Shown one piece after another: positions 9,347 to 19,530 of a stretch of DNA of 64,000 bases. The notes under the pieces were generated by a model. The model did no database searches. It saw only the letters and a program-made list of their open reading frames with translations, and was not told the DNA's origin. Numbering within the stretch: position 1 is the first letter of the stretch; each line of letters opens with the position of its first letter. The position numbers and the translations under genes are program-made. This stretch comes from a virus (lineage: Duplodnaviria; Caudoviricetes), in the IMG/VR virus record IMGVR_UViG_3300028833_000068, positions 32,001 to 96,000 of that record; one strand, written 5' to 3'.

Positions 9347-12300
9347 TATTTTGACGTATATTGAATCTGTAAAATTGTTGACGATGGAATCATTTGGGTT
9401 AAATAATTCATAACGATGTCATCAATATATTTTATTTCCTCTAAACCTTCTCTAGTATACCATTTATTATGCAATTTGAAATCTATTAAGAATCTCTTGT
9501 TATTAAGAATTTGATTGGTGACTTCATCTACAGTTCCACTAAGAGTTTGACCACTATATGGATTGTATGATTCTAACCACCCAGTAGAATCAGAAAGAAT
9601 ATAATTATTGATATTTGATGTTTCTCCGCTATAGATATAGTTAAAGCCAGAAGTTATACGTTCTGAATCTTCTCCATATATCCATATTTTATCTATAGTT
9701 GTAGCTGAATCACCATTCTTTTTGGCTTTATAGTTTCCAAAGAAATGGATTTTAGAATCTTCATTTAAGAACTTATCATATTGAACAATTGTTTCGCTTG
9801 ATTCAATTAATCCACTGAAACCATATAGATTAATTTCCTCGTCCAAATATGTATAGAAATCCTTATCATAACATCTAGTGTCAAATAGTTCATTATCAGC
9901 AGCATACTTGAAGATTCTATTGAAATATGTGAAGTATTCATGACCATTATCATATACCATATTTCCGTTATGAGGATTATTACCTTCATAATAGTTAATA
10001 ATGGTATTTATCTTTATGTATTCTTCATCATCCTCTGTTAATCTTCTCCAACCACTAGTATAGCCACTAATTTCGCTACTATATACCGATATTTCACTTG
10101 CATAGTTAATATCATCTAATACAAAATAGTTGGTATATGGTTTATCTTCTCTATCCCAATCTTTAAACAAGAAGAAACTAGATATTGAATAGTTGCCATC
10201 TTCATCTTGCTGACAAATAAATTTTTTATCAGCATCCCAGCCATCCCAATCATTTATATATGCCTTTAATTCATAACCATCAGATTTCTCTTCAATATCA
10301 TACATTGTTGGGTTTCCATCCTTATCATATACGATTATATCAGTATCAAAGAAATTATTATCACCTACTCTTATGAACCCATCACTTTTAATTAAGGACA
10401 CATATTTGTTTTCTCCACTACCATTCCATTCCTTCTTGACTGGATATACTACACCTCCAATCATAGCAGCATCTTTATCAATTCTTGTTACATAGCATAT
10501 AACACCGTTATGTAGATTTGATGTAGGAATTGATAATAAACCATTAATATCATCAACTCTTCTTATATTTCTGACACTTTCCTTATATAATGTTTCACCA
10601 CTAGGATAAACTGAATAAACTATATTATCATCAACATCAAATTGGAAGTTATATTTATTAACATCAGAAGATATTATCTTTGATAACCACCCACCATCCA
10701 TTTGATAATATGGATTACCATCCAATTGTTCATTAGAGTTGAAACTAGGATATAAATACCTCTTTAAAATTTTAGAACCATCCCTTCTAGTATATCCACT
10801 TAAATAAGCATCATTTCCTTTGCTTAAATATTCATCTCTATATGCTACAGGAATTCCTTGATACTGTATTCTTCCATTATCAAGTCCATACCTATTATAG
10901 TTAGATATAAATCTATTGTCATATGAAGTAGTCTTTGTTGAGTTAATCCAATTAATTCTATAGTCTTGATGAACAGCATCCCAAGTCTCCTCTATTCTAT
11001 GAGTAAATGAAGTATATTCTGTAACACTAAAGTCTGGTTCATAAGTGGCTTCACAAGAATGTTTTTTAACCTCATTAGTCCACCTTTCACTCTTAAGACC
11101 AAACATTCCAAGAATCATCTCTATTCCATCGATAGTTCCCTTTGTTCTCCAAATATAAGGAGAATTGATTTTAAGCCTTCTCAAAAATTCATTATTTGAC
11201 CTTTGGAAAGTCCAATTACTCTCATCTGTATATGATTTAATCCTATTTGTTCCCGATAAAATGACTTCATCTTCTTTGGCAACTCGATACACAAATTTTC
11301 CTGCGTCTACACCACATGGCTGCACATATGTTGCGCCACTTCCCATTTGTTCTCCATCAATATACAAATATTCACAAGTACCACCACTACAGTATCTTGA
11401 ATCATAACACATAATGAAATATCCATTCTTCAAATCACCCAATGATTCCTTAGTGTATGGATTTAATGTGGTTTTGGCATTTTGTGAAAACTTTCTTACT
11501 ATCTTATTACCTTCAAAATAGTTTATTAACTGACTTTCTTCACTATAATCACTTACCATCCCAGATATTGTTTCCTCAGTAAGGGAATAAGGATAAATAA
11601 GTTTAACATCCCACCCACTATCTCTAACAGCGTCTGTTAGGAAATAATCTGGCAAGTTACTTCTCTCATCATATGTTACTCTATTGATGTATCTGATATT
11701 GTTAATATATGATAAGGCTTCATCAAATTCCCTACCAAATATCCTTAATGCCTTTTGGATTCTTTGACCACCGAATACATATTCCTCTTCATCACCTTCA
11801 TTATATTCACGAGTATATGTCCAATCAAAGTTCTTGATTGCTTCATGTGTCATTGAACGCCATAAGTTATCAGTGAATCGTTCATCATAGAACTCACCAA
11901 TTTCAACCATCTTCTGCGTATAATCATTGAAACCATAATCTGATGCATCAATGTTATACCCACCTTCTCCAATTGGGAATTGGAATGGAACTAACTCTCT
12001 ATAATAACCATAGTCATTCTCACGTATAACAGAAAAAACTGCCTTATAATGAGTGTCCTCATTCATTAAGAGCTTTTGGAAATTATCACACTCATTATAG
12101 AACTTATCCAAGAATTGCAATTCCCTCTTTGGACGAATATGATACCCAGATTTATTTGACAAATAGATAATTTCGTTATTATCTCCAACCCAAACATCTA
12201 TTGTTATAATTTCATCATTTAACTTTACCCTTGCTATTCTTTTCCCTGGACATATTTTTGAACTGAGTGGTGTTACAACCCAAGAACTTATACCACTAGA

Positions 12301-12936
12301 TTGTTCACTATTACTAATTTCATAGTTTTTATACCCTTCATTTGCAAAATACTTCAGTGGGTCAACATCGTTAGGTAATACTTTACTATATATGTTTATA
12401 CCAAATGGGTTATGAACATAATTAGTAACATTAGCTTCACCTAATTGTTTTCTCTCTTCAATTCTTTCAAAATCAACAGTTATTGCTGAAGTATAATAAG
12501 CATTGGTTTGAGAAGAAGAAATATATAATTCTCCTGGAAAACGCTTCAATATATCAGTTACAGAAGCCCTAAACAACTCAGTCAAAGAACCATAATAAGC
12601 AAAGTCATTAAGGTCATAATAGTCTTGCTTTAAAACAATCTTGGTGTCATTTTCATCATCATTAGATGCTGACATTCCACTAATCGTTTCTAGTGTCCAT
12701 ATAGTTCCACTCTCATTCTCTTGCCACTTTTCACTATTGTGCTGATTAGATGGCTTACCATCATTCCTTACTGTTATAATGAAATTATTGGAACGATAAG
12801 TTGGAGTATGCCCAGGAGCAAACTGGTCAACACCACCAATCGTTGTGATGTCTCTCTCAAATATCGTTCCATCTTTAATGTCTTGATGCTTCTGTTGCAA
12901 GACATAATTGCTATGTGACTTAATATAATTCGCCAT
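9346..12936 (-). CDS. baseplate wedge/tail protein (P2 gpI / T4 gp7-like motif)
   Basis: NLPDYFL...SGW and IWRTKGTIDGIEMILGMFGL; structural block context. Confidence 0.65.
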   Translation of the reverse strand: MANYIKSHSNYVLQQKHQDIKDGTIFERDITTIGGVDQFAPGHTPTYRSNNFIITVRNDGKPSNQHNSEKWQENESGTIWTLETISGMSASNDDENDTKIVLKQDYYDLNDFAYYGSLTELFRASVTDILKRFPGELYISSSQTNAYYTSAITVDFERIEERKQLGEANVTNYVHNPFGINIYSKVLPNDVDPLKYFANEGYKNYEISNSEQSSGISSWVVTPLSSKICPGKRIARVKLNDEIITIDVWVGDNNEIIYLSNKSGYHIRPKRELQFLDKFYNECDNFQKLLMNEDTHYKAVFSVIRENDYGYYRELVPFQFPIGEGGYNIDASDYGFNDYTQKMVEIGEFYDERFTDNLWRSMTHEAIKNFDWTYTREYNEGDEEEYVFGGQRIQKALRIFGREFDEALSYINNIRYINRVTYDERSNLPDYFLTDAVRDSGWDVKLIYPYSLTEETISGMVSDYSEESQLINYFEGNKIVRKFSQNAKTTLNPYTKESLGDLKNGYFIMCYDSRYCSGGTCEYLYIDGEQMGSGATYVQPCGVDAGKFVYRVAKEDEVILSGTNRIKSYTDESNWTFQRSNNEFLRRLKINSPYIWRTKGTIDGIEMILGMFGLKSERWTNEVKKHSCEATYEPDFSVTEYTSFTHRIEETWDAVHQDYRINWINSTKTTSYDNRFISNYNRYGLDNGRIQYQGIPVAYRDEYLSKGNDAYLSGYTRRDGSKILKRYLYPSFNSNEQLDGNPYYQMDGGWLSKIISSDVNKYNFQFDVDDNIVYSVYPSGETLYKESVRNIRRVDDINGLLSIPTSNLHNGVICYVTRIDKDAAMIGGVVYPVKKEWNGSGENKYVSLIKSDGFIRVGDNNFFDTDIIVYDKDGNPTMYDIEEKSDGYELKAYINDWDGWDADKKFICQQDEDGNYSISSFFLFKDWDREDKPYTNYFVLDDINYASEISVYSSEISGYTSGWRRLTEDDEEYIKINTIINYYEGNNPHNGNMVYDNGHEYFTYFNRIFKYAADNELFDTRCYDKDFYTYLDEEINLYGFSGLIESSETIVQYDKFLNEDSKIHFFGNYKAKKNGDSATTIDKIWIYGEDSERITSGFNYIYSGETSNINNYILSDSTGWLESYNPYSGQTLSGTVDEVTNQILNNKRFLIDFKLHNKWYTREGLEEIKYIDDIVMNYLTQMIPSSTILQIQYTSK

Positions 12937-13853
12937 TATTTATTGTCAATTGTTTGTGAGAAATCTATGTTATTACCCTTGTTACGCTTAACCTCAAAGA
13001 CAGGCTTTCCCGTATACTGGTCTTTCAGAGTGTAATGTTCACTTTGACTATATATCTCATCGTTTTCATTATACGTTGTAACCAAGCCATTATCAAGGTC
13101 TCTAAGCTGGCTGTTTTCTAACATATAACTGATTGTGTCAGCATCATGAGTGGTTAATTCTATATCGAGTTGAATCGGTTCGAATAGTGTATTTACAAGC
13201 AATATACGTTGTGTTGGTTTTCCAATATACGGCAGCGAATTACTCTTAAATGTTGGAGCTGATGAAGGTGAAACAGTTATAAATGTCAAGCTAGAGCTAT
13301 CCTCATAGCGATATGTATATGATTTATCACTAGAAGATGATGGTGAACTAATTACGGGTTCGCACTTATTCGATGAGGTTATTATTCTATAATAGTCTTG
13401 TCTATTACCGCTTTCATCGAGATAAATGATTCTATAGCCTACTAGTTCATTATTTTTTCTTGCTTTTGTTCGTGTATAGGCGTTATCTATTTGTTCTGTA
13501 TCTATCACTAGTCCTTTCACTTCTGGGAATGCTGTTAGATTACCAACATCGGTGATTACTGCTTTTATTTCTCTAGGTTTTATAAAAACGGTATAGAATC
13601 CTTTTTTATTGAATTCACTAAGTGGCAGTTGAAGGTTATACATACCCTCAACGTAATTATCTACGTAATCTTCATTACTATCTCTTTTTGCTACGGTTAG
13701 TATTGAACTATCCAATTTTTTAAAAGAGGTTCTATTTAATGAATCAAAGCTTCTATTTTCGTGATAGCAGAAAGATATATCGACCAAATCTGCAATATCT
13801 CCATCCTTAATATATACTGGGATATTTAACCCATAAGACCCAATACTTCCCAT
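12936..13853 (-). CDS. putative tail/baseplate structural protein
   Basis: 305-aa beta-rich ORF coupled within the structural block. Confidence 0.55.
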   Translation of the reverse strand: MGSIGSYGLNIPVYIKDGDIADLVDISFCYHENRSFDSLNRTSFKKLDSSILTVAKRDSNEDYVDNYVEGMYNLQLPLSEFNKKGFYTVFIKPREIKAVITDVGNLTAFPEVKGLVIDTEQIDNAYTRTKARKNNELVGYRIIYLDESGNRQDYYRIITSSNKCEPVISSPSSSSDKSYTYRYEDSSSLTFITVSPSSAPTFKSNSLPYIGKPTQRILLVNTLFEPIQLDIELTTHDADTISYMLENSQLRDLDNGLVTTYNENDEIYSQSEHYTLKDQYTGKPVFEVKRNKGNNIDFSQTIDNK

Positions 13854-13864
13854 ATTGTTGTTTT

Positions 13865-16537
13865 TTAATTATTCATTATATTGAAAAAATTATTCCCAAA
13901 GTTTTCTAGTGCTTCTAAGCTAGTTACCTCACCAAGCTTTAAATGTTTCTCAAATGCTGCATTTATGCCTCTGTCTATATAAATATCACCTTCTACTTTT
14001 TCCATAGAAGAAATACCTAATTTATATTCTTCTTTAAATATTGGTGAAACATTTATTCCATTATATTCATTCATATCAGAATATTTGCTAAAATTAGAAG
14101 TTAAATCTTCATTTATAAGGTTTATTTCTGTTTTAAAAATAGCCATTGGTTCTTTAGTTATTGTACCATATGCATCATGTACTATATCTTCGGTTATTTG
14201 TTCAAGTTCATATGTATAGACGATATAACTAATTGAATGATTTAATGGATTATTTTCTTCACTTGGTATAATTAATCCATTTGTTTTTGTTCTTAATTGA
14301 TATTGAACTGGAGTTTTAACGAATTTAACCGTTTCATTATATTCTACTCCATAGTTCATATTTTCAGCTAATCTATAGACTGATTCGCCTTTATTTCTAC
14401 TTAATGTTGCTCCAATATAATACTTCATATCGCAATATAAAGAGTCATCAAACATTAGAGTATTAGCTGATGCTTTCATTTTAGATGTTGCTTGTGTAAT
14501 TGCTGATAAAGATGATATTTCGCTAGTACATTCAGCAGATGCATTAGTTTTATTACCTTCTATGTCTTTATAGTAGAATTCCATGTTGGTAATAATATTG
14601 CCTATAAAATAGTTTACAGCGCTATCTCCAATTTCAGTTATGCCAGATGTAAGTTTGAATTTTCCTATTAATGAAACGTTCCCAACTTGATATATTGGTT
14701 CTAGTTCTGTTTCTGCCAATGGTTGATGGTTGTACTTATTATTGTTAGTGATTTTATAAATGCCATTTATCTTATTTCCAACGTCATCAACTAATGTATT
14801 GGTGGCTGCTAAAGAAGCGAGTTTTGATGATGTGCGTCCAGTTAATTCTGCTGCATTATAAATTATAACATTTTCATTATATGCATCAAACAATACTTTA
14901 TCATCACTTTCATTTATGGTTGCTTTTTCTGTTTCATTTAGGCTTTCGTCTAATATTGATGTACCTGAGACATAATATATATGTCCATCATTATCATAGC
15001 AATAGCCATCAATTCTTATATAGTCAACACCATTGATAGTTACTCCACTGTCTTCTACTATTAAAGCATTTCCATCATATGTAATAAAACTCAATTCATT
15101 ATCGTTTGGTTTTCTTCCATATTTCGTGTCAAAGAATGGAAAATGATAGGAATTGTCTTCTATAGACCATTCACCATATGTTTTTTTACCATTAATTAGG
15201 GTATATGGTGTATTCGTTTCTTTTTCCCTATAAACAAAGTATGTCCTTCCACTTAAGTAGTCATTAGGTACACTATATGTTCCATATTCAGTCTTCTCAA
15301 CTTGAATTATAGTGTTGCCTAACAATATGGCATCTGTTTCAATTATAGAATAAGATTCGCCACTTGACATTGCAGAAATCACATCACCGCTAGTGCTTGC
15401 ACTATAAAATCTATCATCATTATCAAAAGCATAGTATGTGTATGCGCTAGAAACAAATTCTTGTGGATTAGCGTTAATATATAGTTTGGTGTAATCTTCC
15501 CATTCAAAACTGTTATAGAATTTATCCATATAGTATTGTGAGAAACAAAATCCCATACCTCCCTCATTTTTAAGAATCATAGTTTTCCCATCTACGATTA
15601 CGGTAGTGCCGCCTTTTGTGTTCCCACTCGCATTATAGTCAATCGCCCCACGATAATCTATTCCTAATTCATATTCTGGTGACAGTATTGAATATTCTCC
15701 AATATTTTCTAAAGAATTTTCTAATTCGATTTGGTCTATTAAACTTGGAATTAGACATTTCCTAAGTGTTTCATCATTTTTGACTTTAGAGTTGTTTATT
15801 GCAATATTGTCTTGAACAGCATTATACCATTCAAGCATTGAATCTAATGTTCTCTTGCCTCCACGATTAAAATACTCCTCGCAATCACAGCAATCTGTTA
15901 TACCACTGTTTTTACAATTCCAATGCTCAGTGTCACCACTTGTAAAGTTTGCTTCAGTTTCATAATATTCTCTTTGTTTAAGCCAGCCAATCCATTTAAT
16001 TACATCTGGATAAAACAACGTTTCTGTTTTCCAATATTCTGTGTACCCACTTAATATTATATATGTTGGTATCACGTTTTTACACAACCATTCATAGAAA
16101 CTATTCCCACCAATTTCATCAAATTTTGCATCTAATTCTTCATATGTTTCTATTTCATTTCCATATATCAATTCGTCAGAATATCTTGTTTTGATTTCAT
16201 AATCATAATATTCAGTTGCAGAAGAATAAATTTTACCACAATGCCCAGCATCATTAAGCAAATGATAATACTTTCTAAAGAAAGCATACCATTCACTTAT
16301 TCTTTCGAATGATATAGTATCTGCACTATTACATTCAAGATTATAATTCTTAGATTTGAAATTGCTAAATGAGAAAGATAATGGTATCATACCATAGTTA
16401 CTAGGGTATTCATATTGTCTTTCTTTGATAGAATTGTCATCGAAGAAATATAATTTGTTATCTTTATATGCTGGCCATACACTAGGTAATCTGCTAGTCA
16501 TTGGCTCTAATGAAATTGTTTTTTGTATTTTTTTCAT
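13865..16537 (-). CDS. putative tail/baseplate structural protein
   Basis: 890-aa ORF in the structural block. Confidence 0.55.
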   Translation of the reverse strand: MKKIQKTISLEPMTSRLPSVWPAYKDNKLYFFDDNSIKERQYEYPSNYGMIPLSFSFSNFKSKNYNLECNSADTISFERISEWYAFFRKYYHLLNDAGHCGKIYSSATEYYDYEIKTRYSDELIYGNEIETYEELDAKFDEIGGNSFYEWLCKNVIPTYIILSGYTEYWKTETLFYPDVIKWIGWLKQREYYETEANFTSGDTEHWNCKNSGITDCCDCEEYFNRGGKRTLDSMLEWYNAVQDNIAINNSKVKNDETLRKCLIPSLIDQIELENSLENIGEYSILSPEYELGIDYRGAIDYNASGNTKGGTTVIVDGKTMILKNEGGMGFCFSQYYMDKFYNSFEWEDYTKLYINANPQEFVSSAYTYYAFDNDDRFYSASTSGDVISAMSSGESYSIIETDAILLGNTIIQVEKTEYGTYSVPNDYLSGRTYFVYREKETNTPYTLINGKKTYGEWSIEDNSYHFPFFDTKYGRKPNDNELSFITYDGNALIVEDSGVTINGVDYIRIDGYCYDNDGHIYYVSGTSILDESLNETEKATINESDDKVLFDAYNENVIIYNAAELTGRTSSKLASLAATNTLVDDVGNKINGIYKITNNNKYNHQPLAETELEPIYQVGNVSLIGKFKLTSGITEIGDSAVNYFIGNIITNMEFYYKDIEGNKTNASAECTSEISSLSAITQATSKMKASANTLMFDDSLYCDMKYYIGATLSRNKGESVYRLAENMNYGVEYNETVKFVKTPVQYQLRTKTNGLIIPSEENNPLNHSISYIVYTYELEQITEDIVHDAYGTITKEPMAIFKTEINLINEDLTSNFSKYSDMNEYNGINVSPIFKEEYKLGISSMEKVEGDIYIDRGINAAFEKHLKLGEVTSLEALENFGNNFFNIMNN

Positions 16538-16542
16538 GTCTT

Positions 16543-19530
16543 TTATTCACCACATTTTTTATCGTGAGATGGGAACTGACTTGTATTAACATTTATTTTC
16601 GCTGTAGGTTGTGTTCCATATGTCACGCCTTTAAGAATATTAGTTCTTGTACTCAAATCAATATCAGCTGGTATTTTACCTTCATTGAATTTCATTTCAA
16701 ACAAGTTCATGGTTATATTTCCATCTTCTACTGTTACATACCTACTATCAAATACATATCCATATTCTTTATGTTTAAAATCATATACGGCATATAATGG
16801 AATATACATTTGTTCATTCGCATCTTCTAGATTAGTTCCGTTTTTAAGAACATCTAAATCTGCTGGCGTTAATGCTGATTCTGGATAAATATAGCCATTA
16901 GAATCTGCGTTTTCGCTCCATAGCATTGGTATTGTAAATGGAATTATGTGTCCTATTCCAGCATGGTTAAATTCAACTTTCATATAAATAGGTTTTGGTG
17001 ACAAATTTTCTGAATATTCTCTAAAGATATACAAATAATATCCCTCTGATGAAGTATCAGTTTCGTATTTATTCTTAATGATAAACTCAGAACCTATTCT
17101 ATGGTCATCATCAATTACTAAATCTTCATAATTATATTCTGTTTCATCATCAATTTCTCCGTTGTAAAGCTCACTATTTACTGAAATTTTGTTTCTGAAT
17201 TTTACTTCATCATTTGAATTAACTGCTATAAAGTTATTTTCATTTTTTCTAGAATTATCTACATATCTTTTAAACATTCTATGTTCATCCATAAACACAG
17301 TAGATGTTGCCAATAACGTTTGATTTTGTTTATCAGTACTATCATAGAAACTTAATCTTAGAAAAGATTTAGCAATTTTTGATTTCTGATAATATACGTC
17401 ATTGTTTGTAAAATTCAAAAGACCAACCAAGTCAGAATGATTCCAAACTTTATTTAAAATAGACTTACTTATATCTGAATGGTTCTCAAATTCATAAGGG
17501 AAATAATCTGTAATGAACCAGTTCCCATCTTCAATAATTTTCCAATTCTCAAGATTTCTAGTTCTGAAATGAAGATTTATTCTTATTTCCTCTATTTCTT
17601 TAAAATCTGTACTAGAACCATTATAGCCCCCTTCAAATGATTTTGGTATATAAACATCCTTTTCCATGTCGATTATTGGGTTTATCGCCTCTTTCTTTTT
17701 TGCTTCAAAGAAATCTCTTTGTACGGTATCATCCAATAAAGGATTACCGCCTTGTGGCGCATTTAAAGATAAAGGAATATGTATATAACCATTATTTGTA
17801 TAAATGGTAAAATTATCAAATAAATTGAAATAGTCATCACTAGATATTGGAGTATTAGTAACATTAAATGCTAGTTCTTTGGTTATTTCCCTATTTCCAA
17901 AAACATTATTTTTACCATAAACAGAAAAATGAACTTGATTAGTTACCACATCATCACACATATATCTTGACATTTCATCTATAAATTCTTCATTATAGTC
18001 AAATAAAGATAAATATGGACTACAAATCAACATAGAACTTCCAATAATATTTGATACGACAAAAGTATATTCTTTTGGTAAATCCATCATAATATATTTT
18101 GTCTCACCACTTTCATTTTCTATTCTATATTTATTTCCATTTATTGTAACTCCGCTATATTGTAAAATATCATATCTAGCATCTCTAGCCACATAAGGGT
18201 TTGTAGTTGGACTTAATCCAATAGATTCTTCAATAGGTGTCATAACTTTGCCATAACGTTTTAATTTAAAGTTTTCTTCCTCTTTAATGATTTCCATTGG
18301 AACAGCTTCACCATCAATCATTACAAGACAATCTGCGCTTTCAGTCTTTCCATTAATATAGTCTATATCAAATTCACTTCCATTTATTATTGCTCTATCA
18401 CAAATATTAGGCTCGACTTTGTATTTTGTTTCCCCATAGATGACAAATTCTTCGTTAATGGTATGCATTTCCTCTGGATACCTCTCCTCAAAAGTTCTCA
18501 CCAAACACAATCTATCACCAATATTAATTGTATTCTCTCCATCTTCCAAATATATTGCAATTTCTTTACCCTCGTTTGCATTTAACACTTCATTCTCGAC
18601 AAAAAATGTAGTACCTTCTATTCTTACATAACACGTGTTTTCTCTTAATGCATCAAATGTTCTGCCACTAATCTCAATATCCTCAGTTAAAGCATCAACA
18701 TTTGTGTCGTTTGCATAGAATACTCTACCACTAATTGGAGATAAATCTTCAGACCCATCCATAAGATATTTTGGAATATCATAGTAAAAATAATCACCCA
18801 CCTTATAGATGTTTAAATATTCATCTTTATATTTTATAAAATAATAATACTTTACAAATGATATTGCTTCAAATGGTTCTTCTATGTCTTCTCCTTTTAA
18901 TAGTTTAAACTTAGTTACATAATCAACATATGGCTTAAATTCAATGTCCTCGCAAGCAGTTATTTCTGATGGAAAAAGAATTCTACCATCATCGAAGTAT
19001 TTTAGCCCTTCTCTTTCAAAATCATAAATATATTCATTACCATCAATAACAACTTTTCCATCTTCTATCCAAGCAATTGTGTCTATTGTAACTGCACTTG
19101 TACCACTAACAGATATTGATGTCTCAACAACGATATTCCCAGACTCAACAAGCCAATTATCAATTTGGAATGTATCAGCACTGTCAGAATAGTAATATTT
19201 ACCATTTAGAAAAATATATTTGTACTCAATTGTTGTTCCACTATCTTCGGTTGAATAATCAATTACAGTGCCACTATTTACTGCATATTCCTTATCAATT
19301 ATTACTGCATAGCCTTGGCGCTTAACATTCTTGCTTTCCAATTGAAGAATATTGTTTGGTGTAGATAGACTAGTGTTTGAGACAGCTAGTTTATTAAATT
19401 TCTCCAAGTGATAATCTTGAGAGGTAACTCCAGTAATAAAAGAAAGGTCTGAAGAAAGATATTTCTCCCTCCAAACCAACTCTTCAGCCTTTATATCTCC
19501 ATCTGTAAGTTTTATTCTGTAGTTTAACAT
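16543..19530 (-). CDS. putative tail/baseplate structural protein
   Basis: 995-aa acidic beta-rich ORF in the structural block. Confidence 0.55.
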   Translation of the reverse strand: MLNYRIKLTDGDIKAEELVWREKYLSSDLSFITGVTSQDYHLEKFNKLAVSNTSLSTPNNILQLESKNVKRQGYAVIIDKEYAVNSGTVIDYSTEDSGTTIEYKYIFLNGKYYYSDSADTFQIDNWLVESGNIVVETSISVSGTSAVTIDTIAWIEDGKVVIDGNEYIYDFEREGLKYFDDGRILFPSEITACEDIEFKPYVDYVTKFKLLKGEDIEEPFEAISFVKYYYFIKYKDEYLNIYKVGDYFYYDIPKYLMDGSEDLSPISGRVFYANDTNVDALTEDIEISGRTFDALRENTCYVRIEGTTFFVENEVLNANEGKEIAIYLEDGENTINIGDRLCLVRTFEERYPEEMHTINEEFVIYGETKYKVEPNICDRAIINGSEFDIDYINGKTESADCLVMIDGEAVPMEIIKEEENFKLKRYGKVMTPIEESIGLSPTTNPYVARDARYDILQYSGVTINGNKYRIENESGETKYIMMDLPKEYTFVVSNIIGSSMLICSPYLSLFDYNEEFIDEMSRYMCDDVVTNQVHFSVYGKNNVFGNREITKELAFNVTNTPISSDDYFNLFDNFTIYTNNGYIHIPLSLNAPQGGNPLLDDTVQRDFFEAKKKEAINPIIDMEKDVYIPKSFEGGYNGSSTDFKEIEEIRINLHFRTRNLENWKIIEDGNWFITDYFPYEFENHSDISKSILNKVWNHSDLVGLLNFTNNDVYYQKSKIAKSFLRLSFYDSTDKQNQTLLATSTVFMDEHRMFKRYVDNSRKNENNFIAVNSNDEVKFRNKISVNSELYNGEIDDETEYNYEDLVIDDDHRIGSEFIIKNKYETDTSSEGYYLYIFREYSENLSPKPIYMKVEFNHAGIGHIIPFTIPMLWSENADSNGYIYPESALTPADLDVLKNGTNLEDANEQMYIPLYAVYDFKHKEYGYVFDSRYVTVEDGNITMNLFEMKFNEGKIPADIDLSTRTNILKGVTYGTQPTAKINVNTSQFPSHDKKCGE